DNA from: Promethearchaeota archaeon
GTDB lineage: Archaea; Asgardarchaeota; Lokiarchaeia; Sigyniarchaeales; SOKP01
Reading direction: 5' to 3'
Assembly (NCBI GenBank): GCA_048938895.1
Contig: JBHLLU010000016.1
Span: 1 to 64,000, forward strand
Length of the DNA stretch: 64,000 bases
The position numbers were made by a program, and so were the translations under genes. The notes under the pieces were generated by a model. The model was not told where the DNA came from and ran no database searches. It worked only from the letters and a program-made list of their open reading frames with translations. Below are positions 28,957 through 38,132 of this stretch, in pieces. The stretch's first letter is position 1, and every line of letters begins with the position of its first letter.

Positions 28957-30258
28957 TCAAATATCTTCTTGTTGTGTAATATTTGATTTTTCAAATTGTT
29001 CTATATCTTTATCAAATTTTAAAATTTGTTTTTTAATTTGACCTTTTTGGATATATTTTTCAGTTATGTTTAACACTGTAGTTTTATCAATCTTTCTATT
29101 GAGAGCTTTTTCTAAAGGTGCTATCTTATTCAATAGTATTGCTAAGCTTATTTCCTTATACCTAGCTATATTCTTTATTACGTTTTTCTCTAAAACATTT
29201 GGTATGTTGCTTTTATCGACGGTTTCAACATCGATATTACAAATGAATACAATTTTTTCATCCTCAGTTAACTTTTGAATAAAATCAACTGTAATTGGTG
29301 TAGCAATAACTTTATCATCATAATCAAGAAAAAGATAATTAATTAAGTACTCAATCAATTCATTTAATCCTTGTTTAGTCCGCATTGATGATTCAAAGAA
29401 TTGACAATTGTTATTTAAAGCTATTTTTTCAGCAATATTCTTGATCTCATATCTATTAGGTACAAGATCAATTTTATTTCCGACAATTAAAAAAGACACT
29501 TCTTTATTATCAACAAACTGATTTACTTCTGAAATCCAATCTTCAACTTCGTGGAGAGACTCTTCTCGGGAGTAATCAAACATTATTATTATGACATCAG
29601 AATAATTGAAAAAATACCTTCTTATCTTTCCAAAACTTCTAAGACTTGATAAATCAAAAATGTTAATACTGAATTTACTACCTATCTTCGTTTCAAATGA
29701 TTTTTCAATTAAGGAAATTCCGATTGTAGGATGATAATCGTGAATAAAAGTATCATTACATAACCTCCTAACTAAAGCTGTTTTACCTACCGATTCAGAT
29801 CCAATTATAATTAAATTTCTACTTCTTGATTTCAAAATAAGATTAGCTTCTTTATTGATACTTGGTAATTCACATGAAATGTCGAATTTATTTAAACATA
29901 AAGAAATTCTATCAGCCACGATATGAGCATAAGGAATATAATCATCTAAATGAGAATAAGGATCTCCGATTAACACTAACAATGCTCCCGGATTTTTCCC
30001 TAATTGAATATAGAATAATCGGAATTGATCGATGTCAAATGATCCACTCCCTAATTCTGATTGAGTAAATCTTTTTATTTTATTCAAGGTTTGGTCTAAA
30101 AGTGATGTAATACCACCAATTAACTCCTCATCAAATGTTTTTAATGAACTCTTTACTACAATAAATCCATTAAAATCAACAACTAGGGCAGATAATAGAT
30201 CTGGAACTTCTCTTATGAAATTATCTAATAAAATCTGTAAATCCGATGATTTACTCAT
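28957..30258 (-). CDS. Roadblock/LC7 + Rab-like small GTPase + winged-helix-like fusion
   Basis: N-terminal LLSALVVDFNGFIV roadblock pattern; G1 GSESVGKT, G2 PTIG, G3 degenerate DLSS, G4 NKID, G5 ESSMR. Confidence 0.85.
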   Translation of the reverse strand: MSKSSDLQILLDNFIREVPDLLSALVVDFNGFIVVKSSLKTFDEELIGGITSLLDQTLNKIKRFTQSELGSGSFDIDQFRLFYIQLGKNPGALLVLIGDPYSHLDDYIPYAHIVADRISLCLNKFDISCELPSINKEANLILKSRSRNLIIIGSESVGKTALVRRLCNDTFIHDYHPTIGISLIEKSFETKIGSKFSINIFDLSSLRSFGKIRRYFFNYSDVIIIMFDYSREESLHEVEDWISEVNQFVDNKEVSFLIVGNKIDLVPNRYEIKNIAEKIALNNNCQFFESSMRTKQGLNELIEYLINYLFLDYDDKVIATPITVDFIQKLTEDEKIVFICNIDVETVDKSNIPNVLEKNVIKNIARYKEISLAILLNKIAPLEKALNRKIDKTTVLNITEKYIQKGQIKKQILKFDKDIEQFEKSNITQQEDI

Positions 30259-30419
30259 AATTTTATTACATATAAAGATTTAATTAAATATTTAGTTAAT
30301 TTTTAATAAATATTGACAAATAAAAAGAAGAAAACATAATTTATATAATATTTTTCACGATAGGTATAGTAATCATTCATAATTCAAAGCATAAAAAGAA
30401 AAAATATAAAATTGAAAAT

Positions 30420-32282
30420 TTATCCTTTAATCTCTTTTCCTTGATTAAGTTTATCAAAATCCTTTTCTTGAAGTTCCCTTCTCTGAACCTTTCCAGTCAT
30501 GCTCACTGGCATTTTTCTAACGAATTCAATATATTTTGGACTTTTCCATTTCGCCATGTTCTCTCTTGCCCATTCTTTTAGCTGTTCGCTCTCGATGTCT
30601 CTTCCTGCCTTAAAGCCTTTCTTGAGAGTAATCCATGCTTTTACTGCTTCTCCAGTCATCTCATCCGGAATACTGGCTACAGCAACTTCATCCACCATTT
30701 CATGATGACCTAGCAAATCTTCAACTTCTTTTGGAAATACAGAATGACCAGAAACCTTTATCAGAGATTTCTTTCTGTCTCGTATTTCCACAAAACCATG
30801 TTCGTCCATGAAGCCGATATCGCCAGTTAAAAGCCATCTTTTTCCGTTCCACGTTTTCAAATTATCTTCTTGTTCTTTCTGAATTCCTAAATAACCCATC
30901 ATCACATGAGGTCCAGCAATGCAAATCTCACCCGTATTTTCGACTCCAAAACCTCCTTTAGCTTTTGTTCCATCAGCAATAGGACCTGCCTCAAAATTAT
31001 CAGAAGGAAAGATAGCCCAATCCGCACCAGGCATGGGTAATCCTAATTTCCCCGTTTTAGTCAGTCCCCAGAAAGGAGCTACGCTGTGAATAGGAGAGGT
31101 CTCCGTTAATCCATATCCTACTCGAATCGGACAAAAAATCTCTTCGAATGGTATTCTCACATAATCGTGTAAGGGTCCTGCACCACTTGTACAATATTTA
31201 AGTTTCTTCCAAAAATTGTATTTCTCCTTAAATTTTTCTACACCCATACTTTGTACGAATTCTGTTAGTCTTTTGAATAGCATTTCAACTCCTACGTAAA
31301 TAATCCCTTCAGGAGCATCTAATTTATTTATTACTTCACAAAGAGTTTCATCATCTGGAGGTTTTGGAAATAGAAGCATCTGCATACCTAGTGAGAGAGC
31401 TCCATTCATTACGCATGTCATCCCAAAACTATGGAAAAAGGGGATACTTCCTATAGTTATCATTCCAGGGCTTAATTTTACCCATTCTTTAACCATATAG
31501 ATGTTAGCTACTAAATTGGCATGACTAAGCATCGCTACCTTAGGTAATCCCGTAGTCCCACCAGTCATAAGGTAAACAGCAGGTGTGGTCCATGGATCTA
31601 TATCAACCTTTATTTCTTTGGATATAGTATTATTCATAATATCATCCATCCAATGCACTTTATAATGTTCTGTCTCAGTTGGTAGTTTGTCTCGTGCATT
31701 AGGAATTCCTAAAGTTTGAATTGTTGCATCATCCGCAGTTAAGAAATCTACAAAATTTGTTGGAATTACGTGTTTAACACTTGTTTTTGGAAGTATATCC
31801 TTAGGGCCAGCGATATAGAGCATATCCATCATTACAAAAACTTTTGCATTAGTCATAGCTAAAGAATGTAAAAGTTCCAAAGGACGATATGTTGGATTTA
31901 TACCTTGGGCTATTGCTCCAATATATTGGCAGCCCATATAAGCAACAACAAAATTTATAGAATTAGGCAAATCAATCGCCACCACATCTCCTTGTCTAAT
32001 ACCCAAAGTATCATACATAAAAGTTCCAAATTTTTTAGCGTATTCAAAGAGAGTTCTTAACTTTACTCGTTCCATATATGGTCCATACACAAAAATACAG
32101 AGATCGTTGTCTATCGATCCATAATAATCCGCAGCATGTAGATATCCCTCCCACATTGGGGTGATTTCCACACCATCGACATCTTTTAATTGCTTTGGAA
32201 CTCCTTCTGGCCAATATCCCTCTGTAAACCAGACTTTATTCTCATCAACTAGAAAATCATCTAAACTTGGCATATTTTTCAC
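30420..32282 (-). CDS. Long-chain fatty-acid-CoA ligase (AMP-binding family)
   Basis: MTGGTTGLPK, GYGLTE, TGDIG, DRKK.LIKVSG, GKVQRR. Confidence 0.92.
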   Translation of the reverse strand: MKNMPSLDDFLVDENKVWFTEGYWPEGVPKQLKDVDGVEITPMWEGYLHAADYYGSIDNDLCIFVYGPYMERVKLRTLFEYAKKFGTFMYDTLGIRQGDVVAIDLPNSINFVVAYMGCQYIGAIAQGINPTYRPLELLHSLAMTNAKVFVMMDMLYIAGPKDILPKTSVKHVIPTNFVDFLTADDATIQTLGIPNARDKLPTETEHYKVHWMDDIMNNTISKEIKVDIDPWTTPAVYLMTGGTTGLPKVAMLSHANLVANIYMVKEWVKLSPGMITIGSIPFFHSFGMTCVMNGALSLGMQMLLFPKPPDDETLCEVINKLDAPEGIIYVGVEMLFKRLTEFVQSMGVEKFKEKYNFWKKLKYCTSGAGPLHDYVRIPFEEIFCPIRVGYGLTETSPIHSVAPFWGLTKTGKLGLPMPGADWAIFPSDNFEAGPIADGTKAKGGFGVENTGEICIAGPHVMMGYLGIQKEQEDNLKTWNGKRWLLTGDIGFMDEHGFVEIRDRKKSLIKVSGHSVFPKEVEDLLGHHEMVDEVAVASIPDEMTGEAVKAWITLKKGFKAGRDIESEQLKEWARENMAKWKSPKYIEFVRKMPVSMTGKVQRRELQEKDFDKLNQGKEIKG

Positions 32283-32570
32283 ATTTTAAGATAAAGCTTA
32301 TTTTAAAATTGTTGATTTTAAATTAATTTACAATAATATAATAATTTAACTTGGATAGGAATATGTTCGTATTGTAAGGATGTACATTTTTAATATAAGA
32401 AGGGCTTCAACAGATAGAATATGAAGAAAATAAGTTAACTTTCAAGCAATTTGAGTTCGTTTCTAGAATCTCTTTCGTCTTTTTATGAAATAATACGCAT
32501 TAATAAAAAGTAATATACCCACTACTACCCATTGATATTATAAATATTTTATTTATATTTTGGTATTAAA

Positions 32571-33428
32571 ATGAAATTTAAGAAAAAACTTTCTGAGAAA
32601 CTAAGAGATGTATTGACACCACAGGAACTTTCAGTTCTTCCGCGTGGTTTTCAAACTTTAGGAGATATCATAATTTTCAAATTAAATCCTATGTTAAATA
32701 GTAAAAAAGAAATAGTTGGGAACGCCTACTTAGATTTACTTCCTAGTATAAGATCCGTCTATATTAATAAAGGAAAAATAGTAGGCACTTTTAGAGAGCC
32801 AGAAGAAATTGAATTTTTAGCAGGTATAAATGACCCAATTGTAGAGCATAAGGAACATGGAATACGATATCGATTTGATGTTACTAAAATCATGTTCAGC
32901 AAGGGAAATTTAAAGGAAAGAAAATTCTTAGCAACTTTAGTAGAAACAGGAGAAATAGTAGTAGATATGTTTGCAGGAATTGGTTACTTTTCATTACCAA
33001 TCGGAAAACATTCAGAAGTGAAAAGAATATACAGTATAGAACTTAATCCAGATGCTTTTAAGTATCTTATCGAAAATATCAGGATAAATCATTTAGAAGA
33101 AAAAATTATGGCAATCAATGGTGATTGCAAGAATGAAGTCTTAAAATTAAGTAAATCCGGTATAAGAGCTGACCGTGTTATCATGGGAATATTCCCAGCT
33201 CCTATAGATTATATAAAAGAAGCATTAACATTAACCAAAAAGGAGGGTACTATTTATCATTTTGAGGGTGTGGTTGAAAAAGATAAACATTTATCACTTT
33301 TTGAGGATTTTAATGAAATAGCTACTAATGAACATTACAAGAGCGATTTAAAATCTTTTAGATATATAAAAAGTTATGGACCAAATTTATTTCATGTTGT
33401 TTTAGATATATTTGTATTAAAAAATTAG
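32571..33428 (+). CDS. taw2: Trm5/Taw2 (Met-10+) family tRNA G37/wyosine modification enzyme, most like Taw2
   Basis: GDIII, G.FREP, HKEHGIRYRFD..KIMFSKGN..ER, VDMFAGIGYF, ADRVIMG, KSYGP. Confidence 0.75.
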   Translation: MKFKKKLSEKLRDVLTPQELSVLPRGFQTLGDIIIFKLNPMLNSKKEIVGNAYLDLLPSIRSVYINKGKIVGTFREPEEIEFLAGINDPIVEHKEHGIRYRFDVTKIMFSKGNLKERKFLATLVETGEIVVDMFAGIGYFSLPIGKHSEVKRIYSIELNPDAFKYLIENIRINHLEEKIMAINGDCKNEVLKLSKSGIRADRVIMGIFPAPIDYIKEALTLTKKEGTIYHFEGVVEKDKHLSLFEDFNEIATNEHYKSDLKSFRYIKSYGPNLFHVVLDIFVLKN

Positions 33429-33527
33429 ATAATTTTATTTAAGGAATAAGAGAAATATAACTTATAAGGGACATGGAATGAGGTTTTTTTTTTAATAAAA
33501 ACTCAATATTAAAGGATATGAACTAAT

Positions 33528-34784
33528 TTGACAAGAGAAGTAATTATTGGGCTTGATTATAGCCATGGTAATATATTAACCATAGAAGCGTCCAGTTTTG
33601 CCGAATTTACACAATTTTTATTTACTTCGGGTTATAAAATCGGAAAAATAGAAACTGGATTTAACTCTATTTCCGAATTAAGAAAATACAGAGTTATTAT
33701 ATTATCCACGCCTAAGAATTCAAAACTCAGTCCAAATGAAATTGAGAATCTTAAGAAATACGTGAAGGGAGGAGGTAATCTTTTAATAACTAGTTCTAGT
33801 GGTGGCGATTATGGAAATAATACGAATTTAAATGAACTGACTCAAAATTTTGGTTTTGAATTTTTAAATGATGAAATAAATGATTCAGTGAATTTTGTTC
33901 ATCTTCAAAAAAGACCTCTAATAACAAATTTTAAACCTCACATTGTCACTGAACAAATAAAGAAAGTTGTTTTTTCGAGTTCATGTTCTATTCATACTTT
34001 GGATTTCATCGATGATGAGAAAAATATCAAAGTAGATGGTATCCTCATCTCTGGGTTAAATAGCTGGCATAGAATATATAATGGAGAAGACTGGGTTGAG
34101 GAAGATAGTCCTAAAGTTCCTCTTTTAGCAGCATCAGAATATTATGCAGGAAAAGTTGTTGGATTTGGTAATATAAGTATATTTTCTTCATTGGCTAGAG
34201 AATATGGTTTTAGTGCTTTTGATAATGATATATTGATTGCGAACATCATTAATTGGTTGATAGGTACTTTAGAATCTGAAGGAAAGGCAGTAACAATAGA
34301 GCTAAATCTTGATTTATTTTATTGGGCAGAAAAAGTAGTAAAGGAGGAAAAATGGGATGGCATCTCAGATCTTATTAATGTTAGTCTCAAGTACTTTAAA
34401 GATAATTACAAGAGTATTATAGAAGAAATAAAGAAAATTAGACAAGAAAAGCTAGAGAAAAAGAAAGCTTATGAAAAAGCAAAAAAGGAAGCTGAAAAGG
34501 AAGTTACTGATGAAGAAGTACTGGAAAGGATCCCTATTTTTGAAAGAAAAAAAGAAGATCTTGTTGACATTATAAGCGAATTAGAAGAAGTTACTGGAGA
34601 ACATTATGAGCTCTCAATAGATTTAGGAGAGGAAGAAGAACAACTAATAGACGAATCAACTCACTTAAGTTATACGAATGATGATATTGTTGAGTTTGAA
34701 CGTGGATTTCCCAAGAAAGCGATATGGAAAGGTCAAGCTACTATCGCGTTTAAAACTTGGTTAAAAAAGAAATATAAAACTTAG
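33528..34784 (+). CDS. GIFT/DUF4350 (GldG/IFT52-like) domain + RHH-like segment + acidic coiled coil
   Basis: LDYSHG, L..YVKGGGNLLI, LNELTQNFG, GKVVGFGN..IF, DN.ILIANIINWL; then VTIELNLDLFYWAEKVV...ISDLINVSL. Confidence 0.65.
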   Translation: MTREVIIGLDYSHGNILTIEASSFAEFTQFLFTSGYKIGKIETGFNSISELRKYRVIILSTPKNSKLSPNEIENLKKYVKGGGNLLITSSSGGDYGNNTNLNELTQNFGFEFLNDEINDSVNFVHLQKRPLITNFKPHIVTEQIKKVVFSSSCSIHTLDFIDDEKNIKVDGILISGLNSWHRIYNGEDWVEEDSPKVPLLAASEYYAGKVVGFGNISIFSSLAREYGFSAFDNDILIANIINWLIGTLESEGKAVTIELNLDLFYWAEKVVKEEKWDGISDLINVSLKYFKDNYKSIIEEIKKIRQEKLEKKKAYEKAKKEAEKEVTDEEVLERIPIFERKKEDLVDIISELEEVTGEHYELSIDLGEEEEQLIDESTHLSYTNDDIVEFERGFPKKAIWKGQATIAFKTWLKKKYKT

Positions 34785-34868
34785 CCAAAAGATTGCTTAA
34801 TTCAAATAATTGAAAAATAGATATGGGATCTTTGATTCAATATTCTTGATAAATAAATTTCTTTAATT

Positions 34869-36278
34869 ATGGATAGGTTTATTTTTGTTTTAGGGTCAAA
34901 TTGGCAGCTTTCTATAGCAGAACTTGATAATTACCTTTGCTATTCTCCAAATAAGGGTAAAATTATTGATTACTCAGCAAATATCGCTATAGTTGAATTT
35001 GAAGAATTACATAAAAAACAATTTTATGTAAATGATTTAATGGAAATACAATTTATTTTAGGGGGATGTCAGAAGATCGCTCGTATATTTGATTTTATTG
35101 ATATAGAGACAATTCAAAATGGCTTTCCCTCTAAAATTGAGAAATATTCAAATATAGAAACAGCACGTAAAAAAATTATAAATAAAATTGACAAAATTCT
35201 TATAGGAAAAGATTTAATCTTCCCCAAAGTTTATGAAAGTATGTTCTTCGCAATATCAATTTATCCCAACCTGTTTGATGATGAATATTATTCTGACATT
35301 TTAGTAAAACATTTTCTACCATTTCTCAATAAGGAACTTATGAGAAAATTAAAACAAAAGGGCGCAATAAAAACACTTTATTACAAATATCCAGAAAAAA
35401 ATATGAAATCTGGGAACTTAAATCCTTTATTTCCTCATAACGTAATAAAATATGATCTGTTAACAGAAAATCGAGCTGAAATTATTTTTGGGTTCACAGA
35501 TGATGGTTTATATATCGCAAGAACATTTACGGTTGATAACCCTAGTTTTAAGAGGAAAATCGATGAAGAACGCCCCTTTAAAGAATTTAAAAGTAGTATT
35601 TCTCCTAAATTAACTCTTATTATGTTAAATTTTTTAAATTTATTTGAAAAAAGAGAAAACATGAAAATTCTCGATCCTTTTGTAGGAAATGGTACCATTT
35701 TTTTATTCAGTCTCTTACAAGAATTTCAAATCTACGGCTCTGATATTGATGAGAGAAAGGTGAAAAATGCAATTCGTAATGTAAATTGGTTATTCGAATT
35801 ACTAGAAGAAGAAATTCCATTTTTTATCAATAACAGAATAATAAATGCGGATATAAAGGAATTGTCTCACCATTTTGAAGATTTGGATGGAATTTTAACA
35901 GAACCAGAATTAGGACCATATTATTTAGAAAAACCTTATTATCTTCAAGTAAAAAACGTTTTTGAGACAAAACTAAAACCTTTATACAATGATTTTTTTA
36001 GAGAAGCTTACAAAGTATTGAAGAATAAAAGAAGAATTTGCCTTATTGCCCCAATTATCAATACAGTTGATGAAGATGACATTCAAATGGATATTAAAAA
36101 GATTGCTCTTGAAAATAATTTTAAACAGATTCCACTCCTTAATCCTGATAGGTTTTTTCAAAAATTAAATCCAAAGCTTCAGATTTTAAAGAAATCCCAT
36201 AAAACACTAATTGACGCTAAAAAAGGTCAGATAGTTAAAAGAAAGATTTTTGTTTTTGAAAAAAATGAGAAAAAATGA
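34869..36278 (+). CDS. Trm11/TrmG10-like SAM-dependent RNA methyltransferase
   Basis: LSIAEL N-terminus, SISPKL..IMLN, ILDPFVGNGT, GSDID, ILTEPELG. Confidence 0.7.
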   Translation: MDRFIFVLGSNWQLSIAELDNYLCYSPNKGKIIDYSANIAIVEFEELHKKQFYVNDLMEIQFILGGCQKIARIFDFIDIETIQNGFPSKIEKYSNIETARKKIINKIDKILIGKDLIFPKVYESMFFAISIYPNLFDDEYYSDILVKHFLPFLNKELMRKLKQKGAIKTLYYKYPEKNMKSGNLNPLFPHNVIKYDLLTENRAEIIFGFTDDGLYIARTFTVDNPSFKRKIDEERPFKEFKSSISPKLTLIMLNFLNLFEKRENMKILDPFVGNGTIFLFSLLQEFQIYGSDIDERKVKNAIRNVNWLFELLEEEIPFFINNRIINADIKELSHHFEDLDGILTEPELGPYYLEKPYYLQVKNVFETKLKPLYNDFFREAYKVLKNKRRICLIAPIINTVDEDDIQMDIKKIALENNFKQIPLLNPDRFFQKLNPKLQILKKSHKTLIDAKKGQIVKRKIFVFEKNEKK

Positions 36279-36934
36279 ATTATAAACAAATTTTAGATAA
36301 AATCAGAGCTTCCCTGAAAGGAAAGGCACATCTTGATGAATTAACAATAACAAAACAAGATCCTTTTAAAATTTTGATATCAACAATATTGTCTGCTAGA
36401 ACTAGAGATTCTAATACTAAACTTGCAACTGAACGACTTTTCTCGAAATTTCCTACTCCTAAGTTAATTGCTGAAGCGGATTTAGAAGAACTTGAAGATC
36501 TTGTGAAAATCTCAGGTTTTTATAAAGTAAAGGCAGCACGTATAAAAGATGTTTCTAAAATAATAAAAAATAAATATAATGGAGAAGTTCCTGATAATTA
36601 TGAAGAATTGATTAATCTCCCTGGGGTGGGTGCGAAGACAGCAAATTGTGTGTTAGTTTATGCATTTAAAATTCCAGCAATTCCAGTTGATACTCATGTA
36701 CATAGGATAAGTAATCGTTTGGGTTGGGTAAATACAAGAAATCCTGATAGTACGGAGCAAGCTTTAAAGAAAAAATTACCAACGGAATTATGGATAAATG
36801 TAAATAGATTATTTGTCAGATTTGGTCAGCAGATATGTTTACCTAATCGCCCCAAATGTGATATTTGTCCTATAAACGAGTGTTGTCCTAAAGATTTTAC
36901 AATGGAAAACTCAATGAAAAAGAAAAAGAAATAA
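36275..36934 (+). CDS. nth: Endonuclease III
   Basis: ILSART, HhH LPGVGAKTA, PVDTHV.R, C-x6-C-x2-C-x5-C Fe-S motif. Confidence 0.95.
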   Translation: MNYKQILDKIRASLKGKAHLDELTITKQDPFKILISTILSARTRDSNTKLATERLFSKFPTPKLIAEADLEELEDLVKISGFYKVKAARIKDVSKIIKNKYNGEVPDNYEELINLPGVGAKTANCVLVYAFKIPAIPVDTHVHRISNRLGWVNTRNPDSTEQALKKKLPTELWINVNRLFVRFGQQICLPNRPKCDICPINECCPKDFTMENSMKKKKK

Positions 36935-36954
36935 ACTCATTAAAAAAAGAGATT

Positions 36955-37425
36955 ATGATGAAGAAACGATATGATGCTTTCTGTGGTTTGTATTGTGGTG
37001 CTTGTGAAATATTTCTTATGAATGAACTCGGTAGAATTAAAGAAAAAGCTAAAGAATGGGATATGAAGATTGAAGACTTAGAATGTTTTGGGTGTAAAAG
37101 TAATCAAAATGCAATATATTGTAGAGATTGCTTTTTTAAAGAATGTGCTGCATCAAAAGAACTTGATTTTTGTGTAGAATGTATTGATTTTCCATGCAAT
37201 AAACTTCGAGATTTCAGAAATGATAAATTTCCTCATCATTCTATCGTACTGAAGAATTTAGAGATCATTAAAGAAAAAGGTTACAAATATTGGTTGGTGG
37301 ATCAAGAAAATAGATGGAAATGTAAAAAATGTGGATTAAAATTTACGTGGTACGAAGAATCGTGTGATAATTGCGGAGAAAAATTATATAATTGCATAGA
37401 AGAAGAAAAAAATCAGATAAGTTAA
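36955..37425 (+). CDS. DUF3795 Cys-rich protein
   Basis: CGLYCGAC, CFGCK, C..C..FC.EC.DFPC and a terminal double CxxC. Confidence 0.8.
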   Translation: MMKKRYDAFCGLYCGACEIFLMNELGRIKEKAKEWDMKIEDLECFGCKSNQNAIYCRDCFFKECAASKELDFCVECIDFPCNKLRDFRNDKFPHHSIVLKNLEIIKEKGYKYWLVDQENRWKCKKCGLKFTWYEESCDNCGEKLYNCIEEEKNQIS

Positions 37426-37440
37426 TTGAAATAAATATTT

Positions 37441-38031
37441 CTACCAATATACATTATATTTTCTATTTTTTCTATAGTAAAACAAATATCCAAACAGGAT
37501 TCCACCTAAAAGACCTAGAATATGAGCCCATATATTAATACCGGGAAGGAACGAGGCAATAATATAATAAAACACATATATTAATGCAAAGGGCAACATA
37601 GATTGATCTTCAGTTATAATCATTAGCACCATTACACCTAATAATCCAAAAATTGCTCCTGAAGCCCCTAAACTAATGACATCAAGGGGTAATAGAAATA
37701 AAGAAAAAAGGTTTCCAATTACACCTGAAATAAGATATATAAATATATATTGGAGACTAGTTATTCTTAAATTTAATTCAATAACAGAGCCAAATATCAA
37801 TAAGGCAAACATATTGGAAAATAAATGTATTAGATCGGCATGGAAAAAAATTGGAGTTATAAGTCTCCATATTTCAAAGTTGAATAATATGTTTCTGTTA
37901 ATTTGAACAAATAATAAAAGATATTCGACTGGTAAGAAAATATTAAAAATGATAAAGAAAATGCTATTAATTGCAATTAAACATAGGGTAATTTTTGCAT
38001 CTTTTATCTTATCTACATCTAAAAGAATCAT
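37441..38031 (-). CDS. Rhomboid family intramembrane serine protease
   Basis: WRLIT..FFH...HLFSNM, GASGAIFG, AHILG. Confidence 0.95.
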   Translation of the reverse strand: MILLDVDKIKDAKITLCLIAINSIFFIIFNIFLPVEYLLLFVQINRNILFNFEIWRLITPIFFHADLIHLFSNMFALLIFGSVIELNLRITSLQYIFIYLISGVIGNLFSLFLLPLDVISLGASGAIFGLLGVMVLMIITEDQSMLPFALIYVFYYIIASFLPGINIWAHILGLLGGILFGYLFYYRKNRKYNVYW

Positions 38032-38132
38032 AATTTCAAATCTCTATTAATGTAGAATTGAACTAAACAGTTAAAAATTATTATAACAAAATATAATAAA
38101 CTAGTTTTATATTATTCTTTTAACACCATTAG

